Below are positions 41,293 through 55,708 of a DNA stretch of 64,000 nucleotides, piece by piece. The first letter of the stretch is position 1; every line of letters begins with the position of its first letter. Below the pieces are notes generated by a model that did no database searches, was not told where the DNA came from, and worked only from the letters and a program-made list of their open reading frames with translations. The translations under genes were made by a program, and so were the position numbers. Origin of the DNA: Octopus sinensis (Eukaryota); NCBI RefSeq assembly GCF_006345805.1, contig NC_042998.1:75888001-75952000 (forward strand). The letters run 5' to 3'.

Positions 41293-41379
41293 CACACATA
41301 TATACACGTGTATATGTATATGTATATATATATATATTCATATATATGTACACATGTATATATACACATACACACACAC

Positions 41380-41446
<67 letters not shown>

Positions 41447-41470
41447 TATATAATATATATATATATATAT

Positions 41471-42226
41471 TTCAACAATTGAGGGTAAAATTAATTAATT
41501 AATCAATTTCACCAAGTATTCAGTATGCAAAGGGGCCATTTAAGGCGAATTATCGCTTCTGAAGATCTGCTCGTAACTAACAGTGCCAACAAACTCAAAA
41601 AAGTTTTTTTAGCTGCTATTTCTAATGAGTTCAGTATGCGGCAAAGTAATTTATTTTACTAAGCCCTTTTATATAATGTAATAATTTGAATTCGCCTTAA
41701 ATGGTCCCTTTGCATACTGAATACTTGGTGAAATTGATTAATTAATTAATTTTACCCTCAATTGTTGAAATTATAATTCCTCTCTCTCTATATAATGCCT
41801 CGGATTTTACCGAAAAAAGCATAGTGTTTACTGATTTTAACCCACGTTGGTGGAAGGGGGAGAGAGCAGAAATTCTTCGCTTGCATTTTTGAGTTTGTTG
41901 GCACTGTTAGTTACGAGCAGATCTTCAGAAGCGATAAGAAGCCGAAAGGGTATGCTCCCACTTTCAGTGTTTTCAAATCCAAACCAGGGAGTTCTGAGCT
42001 GATGATAGAAATGTCGAGTTTGACTAATCTTGAAACGTACGTTCTCAAATAACCTTTGCATTGATTTTTTAATGTCTCTACCCCCAGATTTTCGTGAGTT
42101 GAATTGAGCAAACACTATATGAGAGGGTTTTCTTTAAGTATTAGAAATAGTTTAAAAAAGTTTTTTTAGCTGCTATTTCTAATGAGTTCAGTATGCGGCA
42201 AAGTAATTTATTTTACTAAGCCCTTT

Positions 42227-42232
<6 letters not shown>
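41471..42232 (+). mobile_element. Hammerhead element with 557-bp direct redundancy and inverted 5' pieces
   Basis: 41598-41677 repeated at 42154-42234; 41471-41550 inverted at 41689-41769; 41552-41601 inverted at 41886-41935. Confidence 0.8.
41995..42047 (+). ncRNA. Type I hammerhead motif
   Basis: tgag-CTGATGA-taga..gtc gagttt gac..tctt-GAA-ACGTACGT-T-ctca. Confidence 0.75.
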
Positions 42233-42268
<36 letters not shown>

Positions 42269-42315
42269 TATATAATATATATACATACATACATATATAT
42301 GCATACATATATACA

Positions 42316-42805
42316 TACAGCAGAGACACCAGGCGTCGCTCAGGATTAAAATGGCATAGTCTGTATATAATATATTACAGTTGTGTTGAAACAGGGGAAA
42401 TTGGCAAGTGCAGCATTATCAACAAAAAATTTGTGGAGTAAATGCAGGGCTAATTCGACTAAACAACATATATTGCGTCTGTTTGGAGTATTTCAGGCCC
42501 TAACCTGTGGGGGTTCTGTGATTTTTGAACGCACCGAGAAGCAGTCAGTGGATATACTCTCTTTTGCAGCAGTCGGCGCTGTGTCTAACACGACCCATCA
42601 TCTGAATTGATGACACCTCCTTCGGGTTTGGTGTCCTACATCACTCACAAAGTAAATTTAGAGGAAATCGGGTTGTTCATTTTTTAGATTACAGAATGCT
42701 CAGATCTGTCATGTATCCATGTTTAAAATTTCAGCGCGATTGGATGAACAATACTCGAGTTATAAGCGCACAAACAGACAGATAGAACGGATTTTATATA
42801 TTAAG

Positions 42806-42807
<2 letters not shown>
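42316..42807 (-). mobile_element. Non-autonomous Helitron-like element
   Basis: Minus begins a|TCttaatatataaaatc with ctgtctgtttgt and ccaatcgcgctgaaatttt; ends cctgagcgacgcctggtgtctctgCTG|t (hairpin plus decayed CTAG). Confidence 0.65.
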
Positions 42808-42901
<94 letters not shown>

Positions 42902-42902
42902 T

Positions 42903-42951
<49 letters not shown>

Positions 42952-43009
42952 TATATATACGTTTAAATATTTTATTGGCTAACCTGGCAAAATGACCATT
43001 CCGAAATAT

Positions 43010-43045
<36 letters not shown>

Positions 43046-43102
43046 CATTATTGGTGAATTGAAGAAATGGAGCTGAATGCAGATTGAACAGAAATCGTTT
43101 TA

Positions 43103-43191
43103 TTTCATTCTACACGTGTTTCGAAAGGCACAAATTACCAAAATCTGATTGAATAATGGGACCATATTGTGTCTTTCTCTTCAGGAAGAAA
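43103..43191 (-). ncRNA. Type I hammerhead motif
   Basis: Same motif as 5326-5414. Confidence 0.75.
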
Positions 43192-44096
43192 AAAGGAAAT
43201 CCGTTGGAAAAACAAAAACAGAACAGAGGCAGAGCAAAAAACAAATCGAACTGTGCTCCTAAGAGCCCATGGCGAAACTGTTTATCAGTGTATGTTGAGA
43301 ACCGGTGGCTGAAGAATTCAACAGGTCAGGCATCGGTCAAACATGTGGGTGAGGGTGTATAGATGTTCTTTGTGACCGAGAATAAAGTTCTGACTATTTA
43401 AAGAATATTGGATGTTTTATAAGGGGCGAGAAAAAATCTACTTAGAGACGTGTGTGTGTGTATACTGTTCTATATATGTGTGTGTTGGCGTAGGGGTAGA
43501 AAACATTTTTTGTGTACGTGTGTGCGTTTGATCGTTCGGCTGTCAGTGGCTACTGCCGTGATAACCGTTGGGTGGCAGAAAGAAAAAAAATAAAGAAATT
43601 ATATATATATATTTTATGTTTTATGTGTGTGTGTGTGTGTTCATCTGTGAACACACACACACACACATAAAACATAAAATATATATATAATTCTTTATTT
43701 TTTTTCTTTCTGCCACCCAACGGTTATCACGGCAGTAGCCACTGACAGCCGAACGATCAAACGCACACACGTACACAAAAAATGTTTTCTACCCCTACGC
43801 CAACACACACATATATAGAACAGTATACACACACACACGTCTCTAAGTAGATTTTTTCTCGCCCCTTATAAAACATCCAATATTCTTTAAATAGTCAGAA
43901 CTTTATTCTCGGTCACAAAGAACATCTATACACCCTCACCCACATGTTTGACCGATGCCTGACCTGTTGAATTCTTCAGCCACCGGTTCTCAACATACAC
44001 TGATAAACAGTTTCGCCATGGGCTCTTAGGAGCACAGTTCGATTTGTTTTTTGCTCTGCCTCTGTTCTGTTTTTGTTTTTCCAACGGATTTCCTTT

Positions 44097-44185
44097 TTTC
44101 TTCCTGAAGAGAAAGACACAATATGGTCCCATTATTCAATCGGATTTTGGTAATTTGTGCCTTTCGAAACACGTGTAGAATGAAA
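44097..44185 (+). ncRNA. Type I hammerhead motif
   Basis: CTGAAGA at 44104, GAAACACGTGTA at 44166. Confidence 0.75.
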
Positions 44186-44393
44186 TAAAACGATTTCTGT
44201 TCAATCTGCATTCAGCTCCATTTCTTCAATTCACCAATAATGTTTTAATTTCAATTATCCGCACCAACGCACGGTTGCAACGCCAGATGGTTGTACCTCC
44301 AACCGTGCTGTTCACTGCTGTGATTTTTGCTACTAAGGTATCGGTTAAACTTTTGATTAATCTACTACAAGATTATTCATCTTTCTATTTCAC

Positions 44394-44447
<54 letters not shown>

Positions 44448-44458
44448 CATAATATACA

Positions 44459-44491
<33 letters not shown>

Positions 44492-44513
44492 GTATACATG
44501 TATATACATATGC

Positions 44514-44562
<49 letters not shown>

Positions 44563-44689
44563 AAGAGAGAGAGAGTGACTGAGACTTGTGAGATAAATTC
44601 GTTAATTTTTTTTATTCTAATGTTTGTTTTTCATAAACAATTTTAACAAATCAGTCTTTAATATATTCTCCTTAATTGATCACGACTTC

Positions 44690-45290
44690 TTACTAACGCT
44701 TCATTTGCTTATCAATGCTCCAGTCATAAAAGTCACCGGGTCTTGTCTCGATGAATTCATCGAGCCACGTCGTTTTTGAACGAAACGCCTTGCAGACTAT
44801 TATAGAGCGACCAAAAGTGGCGAAAATCTCAAGAGAATACGATGGGTGTACCAGAACTTCCCAACCGAGTTCCTGAATACCATATTTGGTCAAATAAGCG
44901 ATGCTTTAGGGAGAGGGCAATGTTGTCATGTTGAAGAAGCACGCTATGCTGCCGGTTTTGTCATTTACACCTTTCCTATCGAGTGAAGGTGACGAGCAAC
45001 AGAATCATGAGAGCATCTCATTTGCAGAACCAATTCCCTAGTGGATTGATTATCGCTGATCTTCGTGAATAAGGTCGTTCAATCGATCTTCATTGAATTG
45101 AATAGGTCGGTCGGAACTCGGAAAGTATAAAAGATCGAATTTACCCTCCTTGAAGCACAAAAAACATTTTTGTCCAGTTCTTTCAGCCACAGAGCCTTCT
45201 CCGTACACAGCACAAATGCCTTTCGCAACTCTGGAACCTTCATTGAAAGCAAAAAGAAACAGGTGTCAAAAATCCTCAGTTTGTACAGCT
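44690..45290 (-). pseudogene. Mariner transposase remnant
   Basis: HLFLFAFNEG..KGICAVYGEGSVAERT..FKEGKFD..; LLQHDN; IQELGWEVLVHPSYS. Confidence 0.8.
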
Positions 45291-45307
45291 TAATATTTGT
45301 TGCTTCA

Positions 45308-45516
45308 AAGGCGGCGAGCAGTCAGAGTCGTTAGTACGCCGGGCAAAAAGCTTAGCTACGTTTAATTCGTCTTTACGTTCTGAGTTCAAATTCCACCGAG
45401 ATCAACTTTGACTTTCATCCATTCAGGCTCGATAAAACAAGTACCAGTTGAGCACTGATGTAATTGATTTGCCCACTCCCCCGAAATTGCTTGCCTTGTG
45501 CCAAAATTTGAAATCA
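45308..45516 (+). mobile_element. SINE family M
   Basis: aaggcggcgagc..gagttcaaattccaccgagatcaactttgactttcatcc. Confidence 0.85.
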
Positions 45517-45554
45517 ATGCTTGTTGCCCCGTGTGAGTGAAAATGCAAAGTAAT

Positions 45555-48020
45555 AAGTTACCAAATAATGGTGTGGAAGAGACAGGAACCAATGGTAAAG
45601 GTGATCTGCCCGGCAGGAGTCCTTTCTTATTGCAGGACGGCCCTGGTCGTAATTCTACAACTGCTAGTAAGTAGTTAAGACGAAAGTGGAGCAGGTTATT
45701 AAACGTGATAATTATGGAATGTTACTATTACAGCAATTCCAGAAATGAACAAGGTGTGTCAGTAAAAGGTACAAACAATAAATAAGTAGCGAATGGCAAA
45801 CAAGAAATTTGCTCGATAGTATCGAGTAAAGAATTTGTGACCAAAGAAGGAGATCAAGGCGAAATGGACGGCTTACTCAACAGGAACTTGAAGCAGTCGT
45901 ACGAAAAGTTTCACTTGTGAACGTAGATGATGTAAAAGGTAAAACTGAGAGAATTATAATTTTTGAGATTGAGGGAAATGAATGGGTTGAGGTTAATATG
46001 GAAAAAATATATCATTGAATTCAATAAATTCAATGAATTCAATAAATTAAATGCAGTCGATGGAGAAGTGCTGCGAAAAATTGCTGAAGTCATGGGAAAA
46101 CGGATTTGGGTGGTAGAAGAGCACTTAAGAATGTTTATAAGGCTAAAGCGGAAAATATAACTAAAAAAAAGTGAATGAAGCTATTACCCATCGTGTGAAA
46201 TCTGGCAATGTGATTGAAATCAACAATTTGATAAAAATAAGCTAAATATATATGTGCGTGTGTAACGAATAAATTGAAATCGAAATACGTCACAAGTGAG
46301 GTTGAGAAGTGGGAACCATGACGGAGAGAAGAGTACATGAAGATATAAATATATTGATTGGAAAGATATCAATATATTGATTGGAAAGACCAAGCATTTG
46401 TCAGATAAAACTCGAAAAGAAGTATGCTACTTTAGAAAGAAAATATTGCATTAAAAATAACGTTGTAACAACTGAAATGGAGTAGTTGAAACAGACGGGT
46501 TTGGTGAAACCAGAGGCACAAGAAAGTAAGAATTTCGGTTTTAAATTTGAGCCAAAGAAAAAAATTCATAATACTAAATCTGAATGGCTAAAACACCTGG
46601 AGTTGAAATAAAAATCAATAAACAGGAAGATATTCGTTACAAGGATGGTGGCAAATAGGCATTGTAATGAAATTCCCACATAAAATACCAAATAATGGTG
46701 TGGATGAGACAGGAACCAATGGTAAAGGTGATCTCTCATGAAATGATCCTGGGATCATTTCATGAGAGAACGATTATGTGAATAAGATAATAAGCAATGA
46801 AGCGATGTCTCCTGAATGGATGGCACACAAAGGAACTATTTTGGCATTAAAAGACCCATCAAAGAGGAATGTTATAGAGAATTTTTGCGCATTTTCATGC
46901 CTTGCTTTGATGTAAAAACACTTTACTGGAATTATTGCAAATATATTTATTTTTTGGAAAAGAAAATGTCGTTTCCATAGGAATAAAATGAATGTTGTAA
47001 GAAGAGGGTTAAACAGACAAGATGATATTGAAGGATTATAATAGAAGGCACAAACTTGGCAACTGACCTAGGTAGATCACAAAGAAAAAAAAATGTTTCC
47101 CACCAACAGAATGTATCAAATTATTTGGAGTGGCAAACAATGTCACCGACTTCATTGGATGTAGTATGGAAAACTAGAAAAACGTCATCACGAAAGTTAG
47201 TGGTGAAGACTGAAATAAAGAGAGGAATCTATTTAGAAGACAATTTATTGCTACTATTGTTCGTTTTATGCATGGTTTCTTTAATGTTAATGTCTAGAAA
47301 GGCAATTGGATATGGCTTAAGAAAAAGCAGTTAAAAAATAAGCCAACTACTTTCTGTGGATAATCTTAAAACGTATGAAAAAAACAAATATCAAATAGAT
47401 ATACTAGTATACACTGTTGTCAGAAAAATATAGCTTTCTGGATCAAGAAAATGTGGTGTATTAATTTTAGGGAGAAGAAAAGTTTTCATCTGATAGGAAA
47501 GCACTACGAGATGGGCAAGTAATAAATGATACTAATGAGAGTTAATACAAATATTTTGGTATAGTGGAAACAGACAAGATCAAGAGACGGAAATGGAAAG
47601 GACATTTAAAAAGTAATATGAAGTTGCTTTTTAAAAATCAAATACAATAGATAGAATAAGATTTTAATAATAAATACGTTAAGCATTTCGGTGATGAGAT
47701 GAGGAAGAAAGAGATCAAGGAGATGGCTTCTAAACCACCTTGAATGATACATCACAACCAAATCGTGATATCTTCCCAGAACAATAGTTTTCCTTAGCTG
47801 TGGAAACTGTTTAAAAACTGAGGAAAACAATTTTGGTAATGAAATAAAGTGCAATAAAAAAAAACCTGGATGAAGGAAGTAAAGCAATGTGGCATTTTAA
47901 AGATTAAAGTTGTATTAAAAAGAATGATCGTACGAAAAAGGAAAGACAACAAGCAACAGAGAAGTGAACTGATAAATTTTATGCACAGACAATTTATAAG
48001 AGACATGGTACACGGAAAAG
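45555..48020 (+). mobile_element. Degenerate R4/Dong-like LINE
   Basis: PEWMAHKGTILALKDP..ENFCAFSCL; EIKRGIYLEDNLLLLLFVLC; LLSVDNLKTY; YKYFGI; FMHRQF; collinear with 62695-64000. Confidence 0.7.
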
Positions 48021-48139
48021 ATAAACATACATACATACGTACGTACGTACATACATACATACGTACGTACGTACATACATACATACATACATACATACAT
48101 ACATACATACATACATACACATACATACATACATACATA

Positions 48140-48295
48140 GTTCAAATTTACAGAAAACAAAAAACGAAGACAGGTGAGGGAACAACAAGCAGGTGCATTA
48201 GTTTGACGCTCGGGAAGAATGGAAAAGTCTTTGACGTTTCGAGCCTACAGTCTTCGACAGAAAGAACAGTGAGAGAAAAAATATGTAGGGATTAT
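48140..48295 (-). mobile_element. Family B hammerhead repeat (motif 48229-48264)
   Basis: cttt-CTGTCGA-agactgtaggctc-GAA-ACGT-C-aaag. Confidence 0.6.
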
Positions 48296-48485
48296 TGGTT
48301 TACATACATACATACAGACACACATAGTTTATCATAGTTTATCAAGTACATGTAACTAGTAGGTATTCAAAGCGACATGATATAATGTACACACCTGTAT
48401 ACATACATATATACATACATATGTACATACATACATACACACACACACATACATACATACATACATACATACATACATACATACA

Positions 48486-48519
<34 letters not shown>

Positions 48520-50542
48520 CATACTCTTTAGGTCATATGTTACAAATGATCGCGATATCTGGGATTATAAAATCTGCAAGACCTTCCTAAGATTTAAATT
48601 ATGGTGGTTAAAACAAGATACTTTCCTTCACAACTTTACTACCAAAATTTACTCTAAATTAAAAAGAGAAAAAGTACATACATACATACATACATACATA
48701 CATACATACATACATACATACATACATACATACATACATACATACATACATACATACATAGTTGATGTCTACTTTCAGTGAAGGAATCCTGTTTCTTGAT
48801 TAGAAACTGACTTTTTCTATTCATGAATAATATTTTTAAATAAGCGCATATATACGTTCACACATGGGTAAATAGATACATGCATACATACATGCTCACT
48901 CATGTATGCGTATGTATATATATAGAGAGAGAGAGAGATACATTAATACATATTAAATATGTGAACGTATGTATGTATCTGTATTTATGCATGTGTGTGC
49001 ATGTGTGTTCATGTACGTACATGTTTGTGTCTTTTGTATTTGAATGTATGCATGTATTTATGTATGTGAGCATGTATGTGTATGTATGCGTATTATGAGA
49101 TTTTTGCACTTGTTTGTTATATCTCCACTACTTTCATTTCAAATAGAAGTAAACATAATATAGCTGTTAGCATCGTTGAGACAGCTGCAACTGAGTTGAA
49201 TAGATATGTTAGGACAAAGTGAATCTCTGTAAACATAAACAAGATCTGATAAGGAGAATGGTTACTTCAGAGAGATGAGTAGGAATTATAAGAATATTCT
49301 AAAGTGAAAGCATAACTATCAGAAATGCCAGACTTTGCTATGACCTCCGGTCATATTTTAAGTTATGCTTCCATTTCTTTGGTATTATTGACGAATTTTC
49401 CAGGTCCTTTTAAACACTCTATATCAGGGAGATGGTTGCCTCTTAGATAGCATTTGGATTAAAATGTAATTTTCTAATCATACAAACTGAATTTATAGCT
49501 AATATTTTATCCATAATTAATGTTTTTAATTCAATAATACATTTTGAATAATATTTTCCGATAGGATATGCAGTCACGCTATTAATACACGATGCAGTTT
49601 AATTCTTATTTCGACAGACATTGAATCACACGGTTCTGATTTCAGCTTGTGCTGAAAAGAAAAATCCGGCAGCAGTTGTTGAGACTACATTAAGTGTTAA
49701 TATAACCTCTACCACCATGGCGATAACATAATAACGTTTTAGAATTTCTTTCATCCAGCAACATCACCTGCTCTAAACCCACCTCTCTCAGTCATTTTTA
49801 CTCAGAGTCTCTTGTATGACATCATCTTCTGTAAATCTCAAAAGATATGCTATTATTTCCTATTTATGCCCCAGAACACAATGCGTCAACTACACCAAGC
49901 TCACTAGTCTGGGAGGGACTGAAAAGGTCATGGACGCTGCCTCGCCACCTCGCATCATCCAGATTAAATAATAAATAAATAAATAAATAAATAAACGTTC
50001 AGAGAAGAACCATGCATGGGATCACCATTACATTTGATTATTATCCTGTCTACATTGTTAGACATTCTATAGTTGTTTCAAAAGATTTCATCGATAAGCA
50101 GCAAGTTATTCGTACCTCCAAGACTTTTACATGTGCTATTCTATGGTAATCAGTATACATGGTTATATAATTCTTCAGATAGCATTCTTATTAATGCCTT
50201 TCAATTTAAATTCCATTCAGTTGAAGCTAACCGAGGGAAATTCCCCCATGTATATGTGTGTGCTTAATATCGTATGTCTGTATTTGTATTCTCATGTATA
50301 GAACATGTATATATGTTTTGACATCTAAATGTCAGTGTCTTCTTAATGTCTATGCATACAAATGTATATCTTTATGTTCCGATATATATATATATATAAA
50401 TGTGTTTCTTTCTCACATATGTGTGTATGTGTGTGCGCGCGCGCGCATTACTATCATATTCGTGTGAGTTTTTGTAATATGTATGTTTGTGCATTCTCAT
50501 ATATGTGTCTTCTCAAGCATATGTGTTTTTTGTTTTATATAT

Positions 50543-50661
<119 letters not shown>

Positions 50662-52229
50662 AGGTTTCCATTAATGTTCCCAATATATACATATGATGGA
50701 GAAGAGACTGGGAGTGCGTGTGAGAGTCGAGAGAGGGAAAGAAAGAGAGAGAAAGAGAGAGTGAGAGAGAGTGAGAGAGAGAGAGCGTGCGAGCGTGTGT
50801 GCGTGTGTACATTCTATTGAACAAACTGAAGCAAAGCTTACTTCTGTTCACTTTCTTCTCATTCAGCAAAATCTTTATGTACCTACTTCATTCACCAAAA
50901 CTGTTAATAACAATGGATAGGTTGTCATAAAATCTTGTTGCAGAATTCATTTTCAGATCTGCTATTTTTATAATTTAAGCATATCTGAGACTCCATATTC
51001 CAGGACGCTATTTTCACAAACCAGTTACAACTGCTCTACTTTATGTAGATATAAAAAAAGTTTTCTCTGCTTAATGCATTTTAAGAATTCAAGCAATTCA
51101 GATGTCAACTGTATTGATAATTGCATCTAATCAGATACAATGGTATATGATGCAATGTCAGCGAATAGGCTCGTTCTCACCACACATTTGCTCAAAGCTA
51201 TTAATGTTGTTGATCACTCAATTATCGTAGCCAAGTCGAATTGGTAAACTCTGTGTCTAAAGCGAAAGACTTATTAGAGAGGAAAAGATGGAAGCTGCAT
51301 GTGTACAATAATGATCTCGAACTAAGAAGTGTGCTGGCTCAAATAAATTCTTATCATTTGAAGTAGCTTCACTTAATTATTTGATGAAACTTTAGAATTC
51401 TTCATCAAAGGATACCATTGCTAGCTAACAAGGAAATAATTTCTTCTCTCTTGCGCCTTTTAATCTACAGAAACATTCCCTTCTCTAATTAAATAATTTT
51501 ATAACATAAAACATGTTTACATTACACTAACTCCATTTTCAACCAGAAATGTTTCCCTGTATAGATTGAGCGTATATTACTCATCACACATTCACGCAAG
51601 TTTACAAGTATATATATTTCCTTTATTCCCATAATAATGGAAGTGGACTATCTGAGTGGATAAATTCTGGATATTTTAACTCAAATGTTTTCGGTTCAAA
51701 CCTACAGTAAACGTATTGTGGTATTTCTAATATTTTATTTGGTAATTTCTAGTTCACAAAACTGTCGGGAATTTATAAGAGATATTTCCTAAAGTATAAT
51801 AGCTTACTTCCATGTTTTATATTTTATTGCAAAGACCAACAAACAGTATTTTCAGGCATTTTTAGATTAAATGACAGCAAAATTTAGATAAAAAAATACA
51901 ATTCACTTGTTATATGGAGAACATTGAAGAATATATTTTCCTGAGGATTAAAATTCGTGGGAGAACGGTTCAGGTTGTGTTTAGTCCGGTGCCGAGGCAG
52001 ATGGAATACAGTAGGGTTTGGAAAACAGAGAGAGAGTAATGAGCCAAGGCCTGCAAAATCACATTCATAAAAATTCTATTCAGCCATTTTTATTATACTC
52101 TGTCGATTTTTATAATTGAGGGAAATCTACATTAAAATCTTCAATACATATCGATTGTATTGAAAGATGAGTAACGGAACACTACTATTATTTGTGTTGC
52201 AAAATTGAAATCATCCGCAAGATCTGTAG

Positions 52230-52640
52230 GTTGGTACGTGTAGGTGCCTAACCTTCATTCCCTGCTCCTGTTATGCCTATCACACTCTCCCTTCTCTAGT
52301 GTAATGATTTATTTACTGTCACTTCCAATAAAGCCTACTCGCATACATGATACCTTTCTTCACTTCGTCCAAACATCTTGCACAATGATGTCATCTGCAT
52401 GCAGCCTAAATTACCTCCTGTCAAGTATGCACAACCTCCATAGACAGATGTTGAAGTCATTCTCCAATGAAAGCACCATCACCTCTCTGCTTTAACATAG
52501 CAAAGATATTATCAACGCACAGTCTTTCACAGTATACGATTCAAACTCCCAAGTTCATTATTATTGCTATAATCACTGCTATCTCTCCTAACGCTTTTAC
52601 ATCCATAACATAAAACTATACCACAAAAACTGGTTTCCTT
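52230..52640 (-). mobile_element. Degenerate LINE reverse transcriptase fragment (RTE-like)
   Basis: LHADDII (YADD-like) at ~52383-52405 followed by FIGS..ITLEKGEC. Confidence 0.45.
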
Positions 52641-54205
52641 CTTTAGAACGACAAAGTATTTCAGATCCCAATTGCAATAGATGTTCTACAAAGTTAAATT
52701 GAGGTATACAATGGACTATTTCTTCCCCATCTTAAGGTAGTGGCTGGGGGGGTAAGATACAAGGAGGTTGCTGGAAGAAAGGAGAACGTCGGATGGAGAT
52801 GATATGCAGTTAGCCATTTTCCAGCAGCAATAACAACAACTACTACTACAACATGCTAACATTATTCTCATCTTCACGTCATGCCAAATGAGAGTACTTA
52901 GCTCATATAAAAAATAACAATATTAAAAGGATAAAAAGAAATGGTAACAAATACAATGATGCTTGTCTTAAGAATTTTCATAGTTCGCGAAATTGTCTCT
53001 TGACTATAGGAAACCTACTACTTATTTTTTTTTATGTGACACAGAAAAACAACAAAAGAACACGTGAAAAAAAACATGAAAAATGTACATACACAACGGA
53101 TTCAGACGTGTTCAATCTATCAACGGTCGACCAAATGTCAGAAGTTTCGGCCGTGGTATCTCTAGAAGCAAAGAAAGATTTTGCAGATCTTCGGCACGCA
53201 GACATGCACTCATTTTCTAATATAAATACAAATATATATTAACATTCAGGTAAAAGGATGGCGCTATCCACTCGACTTTGGTAATTCTTTGCTATAAAAA
53301 GTACACTTACGTTATAGCAAGTAATCAAAATTCCTGTTCATTTTTATAATTGTAATAAGGAAACTATGTATGTCATTACAAGCGATTCACGAAGTGACTG
53401 CGTTATTGAGGAACATATCCTACAGTAGTTCTTCTATACTAATAGTTTAAATATATTACAGCATTAAAATAAACTGCTCGTATCAGTAATATTGATTACA
53501 CATGTGATGACTGGCAATTATAGTGAATTGATAAGAAAATTGAGAAAAATCAATAAGAATAATTAATGTATATGTTTTAATATTTTATATTTTAATTTTT
53601 TTAATATCTGTTTCGGCATTGGAAAGTATTTTATGGGTGTATGACTTTGCGGACTGCTAACAGTAATCAGAGAGCCAGAAATACAATAAAATGCATTCAG
53701 TGAAAAGGACTGTAATTATGATGGAATCGGAAAGTTAGTAGAAAGTAACTAAACATTAAAGGTTATAAAGCAATCACAGCAGCAAAGCAGAGGGTGTGGT
53801 CTTATTGGTAGTGATGTTATGTTGCCGTTGTTGTTGTTGGTGGTGGTGGTGGTGGTGGTGGTGGTGGTGGTGGTGGTGGTGCAGATTGTGATGGTAGTAA
53901 AGACAGTAATGCAAATTAACGATACAAATGCGAGTAGAGTTCAGTTTAGACAGGATGAATGGATGAATGGATGAATAAAGGTAAACACACAATGCAATAA
54001 CATGACGTCTGCAATTTTAAGCACCTGAATAGAGTCACTAACAGAAGTTGTAGCTTCAAATCCTTTCTAAAGCCAATATCTTAACGATAATGCCATATTT
54101 TCTAAATATCTATTTCAATATAAAAGTAAAAAGTTTCACGCAAATAACATAACGTCTATAAAAAGTGTCGAAAATTTAAGATAGACAAAAGCAATCATAT
54201 ATATA

Positions 54206-54996
54206 TACTTGGTCTGATCAATAAATATCCGGACTGTTGCCATAGTAACGAAGCTAAAACGCGCAGAGTAAAGCTGCTTGGCACGCACAGATTGACCTTG
54301 AACTCTGCTGTTCTAGCTCACTTCCGCTCTTTGCAACAGTGCTTGGAAGAAAAGTGTGTAGCGTGTGATCGCCGCATTGGCCATAACAGAGAAAGTTGAG
54401 CAAAGTTTTCGAAACCTTTTCACCGTTTTCGACACAATCAAGGATATCTTGTACAACTGCAACTCAAATGTCCTTTTGGTGAGTTGAAAGCAGTTTTGGC
54501 ACAAATTTAGCAGAGACGCGTCTCATACCCAAATCTTCTGTGATAATGGACTGAACTGAACAGTAACTAATCTGCACATCCTCTGATAACTCACGGATGG
54601 TGGTTCGATGATTTCCCTTCACATCTGCGATGTTTTTCTCAGTTCTGCTGGTTGTGGGTCTCCCTGAACGTTCGTCAATATCAACATTTTTCGGCCATCT
54701 TGGAAACGTCTGAACAACTCGGACACTTGTGTGTGGCTTATACACTCCTCTCCCTACATTTTCTGCGTCTTTGCGTAGGCCTGTTGGCAGGTATCGCCAT
54801 GACAACTTTCTGTCATGGTCAATGCGACGATCACACGCTACACACCTTTCTTCGAAGCACTGCTGTAAACAGCGGAAGTGATCTAGAACATTAAAACTTA
54901 ATGCCTATACACAACAGTGCTGAAGGTCAATATTAGCCAAGCGGCTTCACTCTGCGTGCTTTAGCTTCCTTACTATGGTAACATTCCGGATATTTT
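54206..54996. mobile_element. Mariner-derived element with two inverted 5' ends
   Basis: 54218-54400 inverted at 54803-54996; minus strand encodes DERSGRPTTSRT..TIRELSEDVQISYCSVQSIITEDLGMRRVSAKFVPKLL. Confidence 0.85.
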
Positions 54997-55109
54997 CTAA
55001 ATAATTGTCATGGTTGAACACTACACACGTGTTTGCTCCCTTACTACATTACTCAAACATTCACGTGCATGCATACAAACATGCGAGCACACACAGAAGC
55101 ACAGACACA

Positions 55110-55341
55110 TGTGTGTGCATGTATGTATGTATTTATGTATGTATGTATGTATGGATGGATGGATGGATGGATGGATGGATGGATGGATGGATGGATGTAT
55201 GTATGTATGGATGGATGGATGGATGTGTGTGCATATATAAATATATATGTATGTATGTATGCATGTATGTATGTATGTATGTATGCATGCATGTATGTAT
55301 GTATGTATGGATGGATGGATGTATGGATAAATGTATGTATG

Positions 55342-55434
<93 letters not shown>

Positions 55435-55631
55435 TTATGTATGGACGGATGGATGGATGGATGTGTGTGCATATATAAATATATATGTATGTATGCATGT
55501 ATGTATGAATGTATGCATGCATGTGTGTATGTATGTATGTATGTATGGATGGATGGATGGATCGATGGATGTGTGTGCATATACAAATATATATGTATGT
55601 ATGTATGAATGCATGCATGTGTGTGTCTATG

Positions 55632-55665
<34 letters not shown>

Positions 55666-55708
55666 TGTATGTATGTATGTATGTATGTATGTATGTATGT
55701 ATGTATGC
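55110..55708. repeat. Compound (TATG)n/(GGAT)n/(TA)n microsatellite with higher-order repetition
   Basis: ggatgtgtgtgcatata(t/c)aaatatatatgtatg recurs at ~55221, 55459, 55567. Confidence 0.9.

Larger units (their letters stand above)
43044..44397. mobile_element. Palindromic non-coding Penelope-type element, copy 2 (arms 43044-43643/43648-44243, tail to 44397)
   Basis: Mirror-oriented paralogue of 4118-5475; 4-nt loop; (TA)n on both sides. Confidence 0.85.
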
